Assembly: GCA_038887515.1 (NCBI GenBank)
Contig: JAWAKK010000001.1
Span: 160,001-224,000, forward strand
Direction: 5' to 3'
DNA from: Candidatus Nezhaarchaeales archaeon
GTDB lineage: Archaea; Thermoproteota; Methanomethylicia; Nezhaarchaeales; WYZ-LMO8
DNA: 64,000 nucleotides
Translations under genes and position numbers: made by a program
Part shown: positions 9,318 to 19,741 of the stretch, in pieces
How the letters are laid out: every line of letters begins with the position of its first letter
How positions within the stretch are numbered: position 1 is the first letter of the stretch
The notes under the pieces: generated by a model
Databases searched by the model: none
Seen by the model: the letters and a program-made list of their open reading frames with translations, nothing else
Told to the model about the DNA's origin: nothing

Positions 9318-10346
9318 GTGAAGCTTTTGAGGTACTTAAAGATTCGAAGAGATAATCTCTCAAAACTCTTCGACTCTCTTAAAAGATTTGGTGAGGTATA
9401 TGCCCCCGTTAAGAAAAGTAACTCGTACTCTTTTACCGCCGTAGATTCGCTTGATGATGTATCCCTAAACTATAATAGGACCATTCTTCCTCCAAAGAAA
9501 TTCTTTATAAAACCTTTCGAGGAAATATTTAAGGTTGAGATAGGTAAAGGCTACTACTTGAAGATTGAAGAGCCGAAAACCATCGTGTTACTGGGATTAC
9601 ATGCTTGCGATATAAACGCCTTAAAAGTTCTGGACAGCGTATATCTCGACGAGCCGTACGATCCCCATTACTTTACTCGAAGATCTAGTACCGTAATAGT
9701 AGGATTGTCCTGTAAACCAGACGAATACTGCTTTTGTAAGTCGATGGGTAGCGACTACGCATGGAGTGGCTTCGACCTCTTCCTCCACCAAATAGATGAA
9801 GGATACGTAGTTAGAGTCGGAAGCATTCGAGGAGAAGCATTGATCAGCTCGATAAAGGACGTTGTTAGCGAACCAAAACAAGAAGACTTCATTAAACTTC
9901 GAGAATTTGAAGTTGAAAGGTCCAAGATGTTTAAGAAGGCTATCAACACATCCTTACTGCCAGACATAGTAGACTCGTCCTATGAAAGCGATACTTGGAC
10001 CAAATTTGTTGATAAGTGCGTGGGTTGTGGTTCATGCAACTTAGTTTGTCCAACTTGTCGTTGCTACGACGTTTTCGAGAGGGTAGAGTTAAACTTGGAA
10101 AAAGGTGCTAGGGTTAGGCGATGGGATTCTTGTTTCGTTAAGAGTCACGCCCTCGTAGCTGGAGGATTGAACTTTAGACCTGCAAGGCTTGATAGGTTCA
10201 AGAACAGGTTTAATTGTAAAAGCTCTATAGAACCTAAGACTGGTCTCTTTTTCTGCGTTGGCTGTGGTAGGTGTAGTGTTTTTTGTCCAGCTGGGATAGA
10301 TCACGCCGATGTTCTTAAAGCTCTTTGGGGGTTAGGCGATGAGTAA
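9318..10346 (+). CDS. hydB: Group 3b [NiFe] hydrogenase (sulfhydrogenase) beta subunit, 4Fe-4S
   Basis: CVGCGSCNLVCPTC.C, RRWDSC, CVGCGRC...CP; first gene of the operon. Confidence 0.9.
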   Translation: MKLLRYLKIRRDNLSKLFDSLKRFGEVYAPVKKSNSYSFTAVDSLDDVSLNYNRTILPPKKFFIKPFEEIFKVEIGKGYYLKIEEPKTIVLLGLHACDINALKVLDSVYLDEPYDPHYFTRRSSTVIVGLSCKPDEYCFCKSMGSDYAWSGFDLFLHQIDEGYVVRVGSIRGEALISSIKDVVSEPKQEDFIKLREFEVERSKMFKKAINTSLLPDIVDSSYESDTWTKFVDKCVGCGSCNLVCPTCRCYDVFERVELNLEKGARVRRWDSCFVKSHALVAGGLNFRPARLDRFKNRFNCKSSIEPKTGLFFCVGCGRCSVFCPAGIDHADVLKALWGLGDE

Positions 10347-11223
10347 CAACCTAAACATTCCTATGCTGGCTAAGATAGTCGATACTTATGATATGACGGC
10401 TATTGAAAAGCTGTTTAAATTCGAATTCGTCAACGAAGAAGACTCCAAGTCTTTCATTTTTAAGCCTGGCCAGTTCGTCCAGCTAAGCGTTCTCGGCGTA
10501 GGCGAAGTACCTATATCGATATGTAAGTCACCGACGAGACCAGGACCTATAGAACTCTTAGTTAGAAGGGTTGGAAGAGTTACTAATGCTCTCCATAAGT
10601 TGAAGCCCGGTGACCTTGTCGGTATTAGGGGCCCCCTAGGCAATGGCTTCCCTATGGAAAAGATGAGGGGTTACGATATATTACTGATCGCCGGAGGTCT
10701 CGGGATGGCCCCTCTTAGGTCGGTTCTACAATACGTATTAGATAAGCGCGACGAATATGGAGAGATCATTTTACTTTATGGTACAAAGAGTTACCAAGAA
10801 GCGCTCTTTAGGGAGTCGTTTCTAGAACTAATAGAGCGCCCCGAAAAGGCAGAGTTCAAACTTTTCCTTTCCTGCGAGAAAGAAGATCCCGCTTTCATAC
10901 AGTTAAGAGAGAGATGCTCGGAGAGGATTAGAAAAGGCGTTGTAACTACGCTGTTTGAATGCGCTGACCCATACATAAAGCCGGATAGAGTATGTGTGGT
11001 CGTTTGTGGCCCACCAATTATGTATAAGTTCGTTTTGAGAGAGCTGACCAAAAGGAACATACCGCCAGACAGAATTTACTTAACGCTCGAGAGGAGAATG
11101 AAGTGCGGGGTGGGTAAGTGCGGGCACTGCATAGTTGGTGGAGCAACATCTATTAGATATATATGTAAAGATGGTCCTGTCTTCACATACTTTGACGTAT
11201 TGTCGGTTAGGGGGCTTGTGTAA
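10339..11223 (+). CDS. hydG: Sulfhydrogenase gamma subunit, FAD/NAD(P)-binding
   Basis: PGQF, RGPLGNGF, AGGLGMAPLRS, CGPP, ERRMKCGVGKCGHC, CKDGPVF. Confidence 0.9.
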   Translation: MSNNLNIPMLAKIVDTYDMTAIEKLFKFEFVNEEDSKSFIFKPGQFVQLSVLGVGEVPISICKSPTRPGPIELLVRRVGRVTNALHKLKPGDLVGIRGPLGNGFPMEKMRGYDILLIAGGLGMAPLRSVLQYVLDKRDEYGEIILLYGTKSYQEALFRESFLELIERPEKAEFKLFLSCEKEDPAFIQLRERCSERIRKGVVTTLFECADPYIKPDRVCVVVCGPPIMYKFVLRELTKRNIPPDRIYLTLERRMKCGVGKCGHCIVGGATSIRYICKDGPVFTYFDVLSVRGLV

Positions 11224-11996
11224 TGGCTAAAGCCAAGCTAAAGGTTGGCTTCTACGCCTTAACAAGTTGTGCTGGCGACTTCTTGAACATAATTGGCATG
11301 GAAGACGAGTTACTTCAAATATTCGAAAAACTAGAACTCGTAGAGTTTGCATTGGCGAGCAATAGGACATCGCATGAAAACGTTGATGTAGCGTTTATTG
11401 AAGGGTCTGTATCAACTCAAAAAGACCTTGAAGCCATAAAGAGGATAAGGCGTAACTCAAATGTGCTCGTTGCTCTAGGCGATTGTGCGGTATGGGGAGG
11501 CATTCAAGCGTCGCTCACGGGTTTAGACGCTAACGATATACTAAGAGCGGTTTACGGAGTTGAAGGAAGCAACTATGGTTTCTTGGGAGAGCATAAGGCA
11601 GCTTCCGAGGTTGTCGATGTAGATTATGAGCTTCCGGGCTGTCCAATCGAAAAGAATGAGTTCATTGAACTGTTAATAGACCTACTTAGAGGCGTGACGC
11701 CAGAGTTCAAGGATTACCCTGTATGTGTAGAGTGTAAGATAAGGGAGATACCATGCCTAATAATTGAAAGAGGAGAAATCTGTCTAGGGCCTATAACAGT
11801 TGGCGGTTGCAGAGCCCGTTGCCCTCACTACAACGCTCCATGTATTGGTTGTAGAGGTCCGATAAAGGATGAAGCTAACATATCGGGAGAACTTTCAATA
11901 TTGCTAGAGAAGGGCTGGGAGAAACGGGACATCATTAATAGGCTGAAACTCTTTGCAGCTAGGTACAAAGACATTCCTAAGCTCTTTGAGGGGTGA
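11223..11996 (+). CDS. hydD: Sulfhydrogenase delta (small) subunit
   Basis: TSCAGD, EGSVST, GDCA..GG, PGCP, VC.EC, CLGP, GC.ARCP, CIGCRGP. Confidence 0.9.
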   Translation: MAKAKLKVGFYALTSCAGDFLNIIGMEDELLQIFEKLELVEFALASNRTSHENVDVAFIEGSVSTQKDLEAIKRIRRNSNVLVALGDCAVWGGIQASLTGLDANDILRAVYGVEGSNYGFLGEHKAASEVVDVDYELPGCPIEKNEFIELLIDLLRGVTPEFKDYPVCVECKIREIPCLIIERGEICLGPITVGGCRARCPHYNAPCIGCRGPIKDEANISGELSILLEKGWEKRDIINRLKLFAARYKDIPKLFEG

Positions 11997-12002
11997 ACTT
12001 GA

Positions 12003-13295
12003 GTGGTCGAAGAAATAGTAATCGAGCACTTAACTAGAGTCGAGGGACATGGGGCCATAAGGGTTTTAATAGATGGAAGCAAAGTGAAGGACGTTAAACT
12101 TGAACTCTTCGAGGGCCCTCGCTTTATTGAGAAGATCCTCGTGGGAAAAATGTACTACGAGGCGCCCGATATAGTTGCAAGGATATGCTCCATATGTCCA
12201 GAGCCGCATCAGATAGCTACCGTTGAGGCAATAGAGAAGGCTTTTAGAGCTTCTGTTGGTCGACAAATTAAGTTATTAAGAGAGCTTCAATTGTTGGCTG
12301 ACGTTATATCGAGTCACGCTCTTCACCTATACTTTCTTGCCTTACCGGACTATCTAGGCTACCCTGACGTCTTTAGCATGACTAGCAAGTATGGACAAGA
12401 GATTAGGGTAGGCTTACAATTGAAGAAGACTGGTAACGCCATAAAAGAAACTGTTTCAGGAAGGTCAATACATGGCTGTACGGTAAAGCCTGGAGGTTAT
12501 ACTAGAATACCATCGGTAGAAGAACTCGAGTGGCTCTCTAAGCTATTGAAGCAATCGATTGAAGGGGCTCTTATGACGGTCAAGCTCTTCAGTTCATTCG
12601 ATTACCCAGACTTCGCAAGGGACGAGAATGTATTTATGGCAGTAGATCCAGGTAGCGCCTACGGCTTCTCAGGAGATCACATTCTAATATCTACAGGTGA
12701 AAAGTATCCCGTTGAAGAATATAAGCTCCTCACCAATGAGGTTGCGCTTCCATATTCAACGGCTAAGCGCTCTACGTATAGGGGCAAATCTTTTATGGTC
12801 GGGGCCCTAGCTAGGATAGCCTTAAACGGAAGCAAGCTAAGAGGCCAAGCAGCTGAAATGTTGAAAGATGTGGAGTCAAAGCTCGACTTAATGAATCCAT
12901 TGACAAACAACTTAGCCCAGGCAATAGAATTGGTGTATGCAATCGGGAGGGCCATAGATATAATAGATGAGCTACTAGATGAAGGCTTAAAGCAAGACAC
13001 CGAAGTGAGATTAAAGCCAGTGAAAGGTCTAGGTGCAAGTTGCGTCGAAGCTCCTAGAGGCACGCTTTATCACTGCTACGAGCTTGACGATGATGGTAGG
13101 GTAGTGAAAGCAGATATAGTGACTCCAACGGCCCAAAACGCTGCCAACATCGAGAAATACATTAAGATTTCCGTTGAAAGACTACTACCTAGGGCTTATA
13201 GAGAGCTTGAGAGATTCTTGGAGCTCATAGCTAGAGCATACGATCCCTGCATATCTTGTGCCACGCATTTAATTAAGGTCGAGAGGATACACTAA
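12003..13295 (+). CDS. hydA: Sulfhydrogenase alpha (large [NiFe]) subunit
   Basis: RVEGH, L1 RICSICPEPH, EAPRG.L.H, L2 DPCISCATH followed by a cleavable tail. Confidence 0.95.
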   Translation: MVEEIVIEHLTRVEGHGAIRVLIDGSKVKDVKLELFEGPRFIEKILVGKMYYEAPDIVARICSICPEPHQIATVEAIEKAFRASVGRQIKLLRELQLLADVISSHALHLYFLALPDYLGYPDVFSMTSKYGQEIRVGLQLKKTGNAIKETVSGRSIHGCTVKPGGYTRIPSVEELEWLSKLLKQSIEGALMTVKLFSSFDYPDFARDENVFMAVDPGSAYGFSGDHILISTGEKYPVEEYKLLTNEVALPYSTAKRSTYRGKSFMVGALARIALNGSKLRGQAAEMLKDVESKLDLMNPLTNNLAQAIELVYAIGRAIDIIDELLDEGLKQDTEVRLKPVKGLGASCVEAPRGTLYHCYELDDDGRVVKADIVTPTAQNAANIEKYIKISVERLLPRAYRELERFLELIARAYDPCISCATHLIKVERIH

Positions 13296-13343
13296 AGCTT
13301 AAGCTACTATATTAACTGCTAAACCTGGTTTAAGTGATGAACG

Positions 13344-13781
13344 TTGAAGTACCTTATAGCATGCTTAGGCAACCCACTGATGGGCGACGATGGGGTTGGG
13401 CTACTGGTTGCTAAAGAGTTAATTAGTGAAGGGCTTGAGGTAGTCACATGCGGCTCGGACTTGTCGTCAGTATTAGCGAAGCTTGACGATTTAGATACCT
13501 TGATAATAGTCGATGCTGTTGACTGGGGAGCACAGCCTGGATCAGTTATAGTGGCAAAGTTAGAAGACTTAGAAGAAGCAAAATTTCGAGTATCTCATTC
13601 TTTGCCGGCTACTGAAATTTTAAAGCTCATGAAGAAGATCTTTGGAAAACCATCAGAGACCTATATAATTGGTGTTCAACCGGGACGCATAGAGCCTAGC
13701 TCTGAGCTCACACCTCAGGTTAGAAAAGCGATACGCGAAGTGACGGCAAAAATTAAAGACATGCTCGCAAAAATTAATTGA
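13344..13781 (+). CDS. Hydrogenase maturation protease (HycI/HybD family)
   Basis: GNPLMGDDGVG, IIVDAVD, SH motif; directly after hydA. Confidence 0.92.
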   Translation: MKYLIACLGNPLMGDDGVGLLVAKELISEGLEVVTCGSDLSSVLAKLDDLDTLIIVDAVDWGAQPGSVIVAKLEDLEEAKFRVSHSLPATEILKLMKKIFGKPSETYIIGVQPGRIEPSSELTPQVRKAIREVTAKIKDMLAKIN

Positions 13782-13861
13782 GGGATGGCTTAACGCTTAA
13801 ATCAGTATTTTTGGCAAGTAGAGATTGGTCTTGAGTCAATTCTTTAGAAGGTTGGGAAGGA

Positions 13862-14206
13862 ATGATGGACGACGTCGAACTGATAGTCATTGGTGATGTG
13901 ACTGATAGTATTAAGAAGCTACTCCTTGATAACGTAAAAAACCTAATTTCTAGGGGGGTTAGAATGATTAACTTAAGGTTCTTCACGGAAAAGGTCCCTG
14001 TAAGATATCTTGAGGACGTTAGAGATGTACTTCTTGAAAATATAGTGGTTTCTATCAGGATTTATGAGCATAAATTGAATGAGTTAAATGATGAGATTCA
14101 CCGTTTGGCTAAGAGTTGCAAGGAGGTAATTGTAATATCGAGCGAGGAACAGGCGCTTTCTCGCGTTACCTGCTTGTTAACTAACCAAAATAATTGTAGC
14201 CAGTAA
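13862..14206 (+). CDS. Hypothetical protein
   Basis: 114-aa ORF with genome-typical composition, co-oriented with its neighbours. Confidence 0.55.
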   Translation: MMDDVELIVIGDVTDSIKKLLLDNVKNLISRGVRMINLRFFTEKVPVRYLEDVRDVLLENIVVSIRIYEHKLNELNDEIHRLAKSCKEVIVISSEEQALSRVTCLLTNQNNCSQ

Positions 14207-14222
14207 AGCGGAGGTCGTTCCA

Positions 14223-15722
14223 TTGTTCGACGTAATACTGACAACCGATAGGACCATGATGACTAACCATCATGGCAAAGAATTTTTAGGCTTCATGGCC
14301 ACCGGCCCAGCACTTGGTCTGCCAGAATCCATTTGGTTATGGATTTGCGCACCAAAAATGAAGACAGATAGTCTGGGCAGGGTCTGGCAAGCACCATACG
14401 GAATGAGGAAGATAGAGTCCGTATTGATGAACGCTGGCTTTAACGTAGCTACCATAGATCCTGATCATCTGGACAGACACTTAAAGCATTCGAAGGTGTT
14501 ATTGATAAGCCATCACGACTATTTCGCCCTATGCCCTCCAAGCTCAGAGTGGTGGTCTATAACGAAAAAGGAGCCCGTTAACGCGAAGAGCTTCAGGAAA
14601 CTCATGGAAAAGCCCTCTCTAAGAGAAGCTAAGCGTAGAGGGCTGAAGATAATTGCCGGTGGGCCAGCTGCGTGGCAGTGGCTTTGGAGACTGGACAAAT
14701 GGGTTGAATGGGGAATTGACACCATAGTTGATGGAGAAGCCGAGAAGATAATTGTCGACCTTGTATCGAAAGCGTTAAACGACGACATACTTCCACGATA
14801 CGTTTACGTTGGAATAGATGAAGTACCAAAGCTAGACGAAATACCAACCATCAAACATGCAAGCATAAACGGCCTAATCGAGGTGACAAGAGGGTGTCCA
14901 AGAAACTGTAAGTTCTGCTCCGTAACTTTAAGGCCTCTTAGACACTACTCCTTTGACATGATAGAGCAAGAACTTAAAGTTAACGTGTCAGAAGGAGTAA
15001 CCAACGGTATAATACACTCTGAGGATGTTCTCCTCTACGGGTCTAAAGGGATAGAACCTGAACCCGATGCGGTCATTAAACTTCATAAGCTCGTCAAGTC
15101 GTATTACAAAAAGATTGCGTGGAGTCATGCAAGTCTCTCAGCTATCAAGAGGGCTGAGGAGAACTACAAGCTAGTTTCAAAAATTAGAGAGATAATATGC
15201 GACGAGAACCAAGATTACTGGGGCGTTGAGGTAGGTATCGAAACGGGCTCAGTAAAGCTCGCTAAAAAGATAATGCCGGCAAAGTCTGCACCATATCCTG
15301 CTGAAATGTGGCCTGATGTAGTTGAAGAAGCGTTCGCCATAATGCATGACAACCACATAATTCCCGCAGCAACGCTCATCCTAGGCCTTCCAGAAGAGAC
15401 GGAGGATGACGTTATGAAAACTGCTGAGCTCCTTGATAGGTTGAGACCCTATAGGAGCTTAATAGTTCCAATGTTCTTTGTACCCATGGGCTACTTCAAG
15501 ACCCATGATTGGTTTACCAGGGTCAAGATTAAGGATGAGCACATAGAGGTCATGAAGAGATGCTTAGATCATGCTCTCTACTGGGCAAGTGACATAACGA
15601 GTAAGTTTTACTTGAAGGGGATGGCCAACGCCCCGTTAAGATGGTTAATTAAGCTATTTCTTGCTTACGTTAAGTGGCAATCTAAAAAGGTGGATAAAAA
15701 ATTAAGGCTTGGAAGGAAGTGA
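14223..15722 (+). CDS. Radical SAM protein with B12-binding-like N-terminal domain
   Basis: [10 protein letters not shown] (CxxxCxxC), APYG.RKIE, GGP, GIETGS, ILGLP.ET. Confidence 0.88.
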   Translation: MFDVILTTDRTMMTNHHGKEFLGFMATGPALGLPESIWLWICAPKMKTDSLGRVWQAPYGMRKIESVLMNAGFNVATIDPDHLDRHLKHSKVLLISHHDYFALCPPSSEWWSITKKEPVNAKSFRKLMEKPSLREAKRRGLKIIAGGPAAWQWLWRLDKWVEWGIDTIVDGEAEKIIVDLVSKALNDDILPRYVYVGIDEVPKLDEIPTIKHASINGLIEVTRGCPRNCKFCSVTLRPLRHYSFDMIEQELKVNVSEGVTNGIIHSEDVLLYGSKGIEPEPDAVIKLHKLVKSYYKKIAWSHASLSAIKRAEENYKLVSKIREIICDENQDYWGVEVGIETGSVKLAKKIMPAKSAPYPAEMWPDVVEEAFAIMHDNHIIPAATLILGLPEETEDDVMKTAELLDRLRPYRSLIVPMFFVPMGYFKTHDWFTRVKIKDEHIEVMKRCLDHALYWASDITSKFYLKGMANAPLRWLIKLFLAYVKWQSKKVDKKLRLGRK

Positions 15723-15741
15723 AGACAAACGTTTAAACTAT

Positions 15742-16098
15742 CTATTTCTCCAACGCTTTCAATATCTCGTCAACGACTTTAGACGGTTGGGATCTGGCCG
15801 TCGAGTCCTGAAACCTTAAAACCTTAAGGCCCATGTTTCTCAAGACCTCATCCTTAATTTCATCTCTAGCTGACCTAATGCCTCTTAAGTGGTGGGGTCC
15901 ATCTACTTCAATAACTAAATTTGGTGGAACGAAAATATCTAGTATGAACTTCCTACCTTGGAATGAAATCTCTATTTGGGTAAAGAATTTAATGCCTCTA
16001 AGCTGTAACTCTTTAATTACAGTAAGCTCACCTGAAGTGTAAGCTTTAAGTGGTGGGGATCTCGTCTCTCTTTTCTTCAGCCCCTTCAAACAGAGCAC
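15742..16098 (-). CDS. DUF559 / Vsr-like endonuclease domain protein
   Basis: ILDIF...LVIEVDGPHH...RD..KD..L...GLKVLRF. Confidence 0.85.
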   Translation of the reverse strand: MLCLKGLKKRETRSPPLKAYTSGELTVIKELQLRGIKFFTQIEISFQGRKFILDIFVPPNLVIEVDGPHHLRGIRSARDEIKDEVLRNMGLKVLRFQDSTARSQPSKVVDEILKALEK

Positions 16099-16324
16099 TC
16101 TCCTCTATAAGCTTCTTGACTCTATGGGCTATGCCCTCTACGACATGTCTTCTAGCGTTTCGAAGTTGAATGCCAACGATGCTTCCACTTTCACCTATCT
16201 CTAAGTATAAGTCATCAGTCATCTTTATTAGGCCTTTAACGGTCTCATCCTTGACCTTAATGTAAAGCACGTCTTTCTCCAGATCCAACTCAACCTTCAT
16301 GTTTTGCCTCTCTTGCTCCTTCAC
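16046..16324 (-). CDS. DUF2283 family small protein
   Basis: D.EKDVLYI...DDLYLE....G.IVGIQ..NA. Confidence 0.7.
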   Translation of the reverse strand: MKEQERQNMKVELDLEKDVLYIKVKDETVKGLIKMTDDLYLEIGESGSIVGIQLRNARRHVVEGIAHRVKKLIEESALFEGAEEKRDEIPTT

Positions 16325-16390
16325 AAACCTTCAAGATATGGTTATAAGTAACATAGCTTAAATGTTATCATGAAAGAAAGTGTAAAAAAA

Positions 16391-16852
16391 TTATAGAGGC
16401 GCAAAGTAGTAGCGTGGCCATTGAGGCCAGGTTTGGGGTAGCGGTGTCTGCTCGAAGGCGACTTTCATTCTCATACCTATTTTGAGCTGATTAGGTTGCG
16501 TTACTCCTTTGACGATTCCAGATATCTTGGGCCCCTCATCTAGTTTTACAATAGCCACTGTATATGGAGCAAGGGAAGCAAACTGTGGCGGCGGGATGTG
16601 TATTATAGTAAAAGTGACGAGCTCGCCCTCTCCCTTCATCTGAACCCATTCGACATCCCTCGACAAGCACTTATCACATAGAGGTCTTGGAGGAACCATT
16701 ACGTTGCCGCATTTCTTACATTTGACTCCCATGAGTCTTCCTTCAGCAATGAACTTATAGAACGACTCTATTGTTGGAGGAGGAACTATTTGCTGAGACA
16801 ATTCAATCACCCCTCCTATATATGTGGACAAACGAGGACGCTCCCGATCCAC
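16391..16852 (-). CDS. Zn-ribbon/OB-fold DUF35 protein (thiolase partner); real start probably near 16802
   Basis: KCKKCG...PPR..C..C, G.LVTFT, PY.VAIV.L.EG, IGMRM. Confidence 0.9.
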   Translation of the reverse strand: MDRERPRLSTYIGGVIELSQQIVPPPTIESFYKFIAEGRLMGVKCKKCGNVMVPPRPLCDKCLSRDVEWVQMKGEGELVTFTIIHIPPPQFASLAPYTVAIVKLDEGPKISGIVKGVTQPNQLKIGMRMKVAFEQTPLPQTWPQWPRYYFAPL

Positions 16853-17999
16853 CCATGTTGTGTGTTAGAGCTATTTCAGCACCCTTAACTTGTCTAGGTC
16901 CTGCCTGATTAGTCAGCTGTAGGTATATTTCATAGACTTGCGCTACGCCAGTAGCACCTACTGGGTGGCCTTTAGCTTTGAGACCTCCGCTCGTGTTTAT
17001 GGGTATTTTACCTCCTATCTCGCTTTGCCCCTCTTCTATGAACTTGCCTCCATAACCTTTAGGGCAAAAACCTAAGTCTTCATACAACACTATTTCAGCT
17101 ATCGTGAAGCAATCGTGAATTTCGGCTACGTCGACGTCCTTAGGTTCGATACTAGCCATTCTGTAAGCTTCTTGACTAGCCACCCTGGCTGATAGCAAGG
17201 TAGTTACATCCTCTCTCTCGTGGACACCAAGCTTGTCAGTAGCGGCAGCTGACGCTATTATGTAAATGGGCGTATCGGTAAACTTCCTAGCCAACTCAGG
17301 TCTTACAAGTATAGCACAGCTGGCACCATCGGTTATAGGAGAACAATCGTAGAGTTTTAGCGGCCAGGCTATAACCCTAGATTTTAACGCTTCTTCGAGG
17401 GTTATGGCCTTCTGGAATTGAGCTTTAGGATTCATAGAAGCGTTTTTGTGGTTTTTAACTGCGACCATAGCTAATTGTTCCTCGGTTGTCCCGTACTTAT
17501 GCATGTGAGCGGTAGCTATGAGCGCATAGAGCCCTGGAAAAGTTAAGCCATTCCACTGTTCAAAGGGGAAGTCAGCAGCCATAGCTAGAAACTCTGTAAC
17601 CTCCGGCGTTGCTCTATGGGTCATTTTTTCGACCCCTCCAACAAGGGCGACATCAACGAGACCTGAGGCTATAGCCATTACAGCACATCTAAGGGCTGCG
17701 CTAGAAGAAGCGCAAGCACTTTCAAACCTAATTCCACCTACAGGGGTCAGCCCAAGCCAGTCAGCCACGGTCACTCCGGTATGACCTTGGTGCTCATAGG
17801 ATTCTCCCATGTGCCCTACGAATAACGCTTTGATATCCCTTTTCGGGTCCAGATTTGGACACCTATCGAAGGCCTCAGTGGCGGCTTCGATGAACAGCTC
17901 TCTACCGTAGAGTCCATCTCTCCTCCCAAACTTTGATAATCCGGCACTTACAAGCGCCGCTAAAGGTCTTCCGACCATAAGTATCACTCTCGTTTTCAA
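16803..17999 (-). CDS. Thiolase (acetyl-CoA acetyltransferase, archaeal/SCP2 type)
   Basis: ESACASS, GVEKM, DCSPITDGA, EIHDCF, GGLKAKGHPVGATG, HNMGG. Confidence 0.93.
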   Translation of the reverse strand: MKTRVILMVGRPLAALVSAGLSKFGRRDGLYGRELFIEAATEAFDRCPNLDPKRDIKALFVGHMGESYEHQGHTGVTVADWLGLTPVGGIRFESACASSSAALRCAVMAIASGLVDVALVGGVEKMTHRATPEVTEFLAMAADFPFEQWNGLTFPGLYALIATAHMHKYGTTEEQLAMVAVKNHKNASMNPKAQFQKAITLEEALKSRVIAWPLKLYDCSPITDGASCAILVRPELARKFTDTPIYIIASAAATDKLGVHEREDVTTLLSARVASQEAYRMASIEPKDVDVAEIHDCFTIAEIVLYEDLGFCPKGYGGKFIEEGQSEIGGKIPINTSGGLKAKGHPVGATGVAQVYEIYLQLTNQAGPRQVKGAEIALTHNMGGSGASSFVHIYRRGD

Positions 18000-18104
18000 G
18001 CAATTTGGAATGAACTTTTAAAATTTGCTATCGCCCTCTTTATTCTAAAGTTTTGCGTGAAAACTATTTTTGCCGAAAAGACCATATAAGTCGAGGGGGC
18101 ATAG

Positions 18105-19166
18105 TTGAAGGTCGTTGCTTGGGACGAGAAGCATGGCAGGATGCTTCTAAGGATCGAAGGGCAAGACGACTTATGGTGTCTTTACAACGTTTTAAAGGTC
18201 GGGGATATCGTTACCTCGAAAACGCTACGAGAAGTAAAGGTTGGCGATAAGAGCTCCCGTAAACCTATGACTTTAAAGATCAGGGTAGAAAAAGTAGAGT
18301 ATCAACCTTTTACTGAGAGGCTTAGGATAAGGGGGATAGTAATCGAAGGCCCTGAAGAGTTCGGCGTTGTAGGCTCATACCATACAATAACCGTTGGCGA
18401 GGGATCCGAGATCCTAATAGAAAAGGAGTATTGGCCTAAACACGAACTGAACAGGATACTTAAAGCTACATCTAAAAAACTTTGTGACATCCTACTTATA
18501 GGAGTGGACTCCGACGAGGCAGCTCTAGTAATCCCTCACGATTATGGACTCGAACTGATTGCTGAAATACAATTAGCCCTGCCAGGGAAGCACGATCTCT
18601 CGAAGAGGGAGGAGGTTATTAAAAGCACGATCCGTGAACTAACGGAGAAGGCAAAAGAGCTAATCGATAGGTTCGGTATAAGAGCGGCGGTAGTAGTTGG
18701 GCCAGGCTTTATAAAGGAAGACCTTGCTAAAGAAATTGCATCGAGCACAAACATTAAGATATACACGGAACCCGCATCGACCGGTGGTCTTCAAGGAATT
18801 AAAGAAGCCATCAAGAGAGGAGCTTTAAAAAGAGTATTAAAAGACTTCAGTATAATTGAAGAAGCAGAACTCATAGACGAGTTCCTGTCACGCGTATCCA
18901 AGAATGATGGTAAAGCGGTCTACGGACTTGAAGATGTAAAGAGGGCATCTGAATATTGTGCAGTAGATAAGCTACTAGTGTTAGACGAATTGATAAGGTC
19001 ATCAGACTTAGAACTTAGGAGCGAAGTAGAGAAAGTTATAGAAAAGGCCGAAAAGTGCGGAGCGCGAGTAAAGATTTTTAGTGTTTTTGAGGAGCCTGGT
19101 CAACAACTTAAGTCGTTAGGCGGGTTAGCTGCTATCTTACGCTTTAGAATAGAAGACTTTGAATAG
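18105..19166 (+). CDS. pelA: mRNA surveillance/ribosome rescue protein Pelota
   Basis: DDLW.LYN....GD, RLRI.G, G.YHT, GPGF.K, QL..LGG.AAILRF. Confidence 0.95.
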   Translation: MKVVAWDEKHGRMLLRIEGQDDLWCLYNVLKVGDIVTSKTLREVKVGDKSSRKPMTLKIRVEKVEYQPFTERLRIRGIVIEGPEEFGVVGSYHTITVGEGSEILIEKEYWPKHELNRILKATSKKLCDILLIGVDSDEAALVIPHDYGLELIAEIQLALPGKHDLSKREEVIKSTIRELTEKAKELIDRFGIRAAVVVGPGFIKEDLAKEIASSTNIKIYTEPASTGGLQGIKEAIKRGALKRVLKDFSIIEEAELIDEFLSRVSKNDGKAVYGLEDVKRASEYCAVDKLLVLDELIRSSDLELRSEVEKVIEKAEKCGARVKIFSVFEEPGQQLKSLGGLAAILRFRIEDFE

Positions 19167-19217
19167 TAAAGCGTAAATTTAGCAGTGATAATTAGCCAAG
19201 CTTGAGGAGAAACCTCG

Positions 19218-19340
19218 ATGTCGAGCAAGCAGAAAACAAGAAAGTCCAAGCTTAGCTTCGGACAGATAATCTCAATAATACTTCTCGTGAGTCTCGTGAT
19301 CTCTACTTTATCTTATTTGATAATATCGTTACTGATGTAA
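19218..19340 (+). CDS. Small single-pass membrane peptide (40 aa), absent from the ORF track
   Basis: MSSKQKTRKSKLSFGQIISIILLVSLVISTLSYLIISLLM*; GAGGAG SD upstream; basic N-terminus followed by one TM helix. Confidence 0.7.
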   Translation: MSSKQKTRKSKLSFGQIISIILLVSLVISTLSYLIISLLM

Positions 19341-19399
19341 TTGACATGACGCGAAACATTTTAACGACCCCTTATGAAAACCTTAAGGGGGAGTAAGCG

Positions 19400-19741
19400 T
19401 TGGGCGGAAAGACCAAGAAGTCTATATCTGCTATGGAAAAGCAACAAAAGCTTCGAGAAATAAAGGAGAAGACGAAGGAGAAGAAAGGAAAGGAGAAAGA
19501 AGAGAAAAAAGAAAAGAAGATTTCAAGCCCCCTCATACCTCTGGAGGTCGTCAAACAACTTGAGAACGAGCTAAACAACATGAAGTGCATAACTCCATAT
19601 ACTCTTTCGTCGAAGTTTGGATTAAAGATAGGCGTAGCCAAGAGCGTGCTAAGAGAACTTGAACATAAAGGCATCCTAAAATGCGTAGCCAGGGGTTCAA
19701 GGGTCTCGGTGTATACTCCTGTTAACTTCACTTCTAGTTAA
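19400..19741 (+). CDS. rps25e: Ribosomal protein eS25 (S25e)
   Basis: MGGK.KK.IS.MEK, Lys-rich linker, ITPY.L......I.VAK..LR.L...G wHTH. Confidence 0.9.
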   Translation: MGGKTKKSISAMEKQQKLREIKEKTKEKKGKEKEEKKEKKISSPLIPLEVVKQLENELNNMKCITPYTLSSKFGLKIGVAKSVLRELEHKGILKCVARGSRVSVYTPVNFTSS

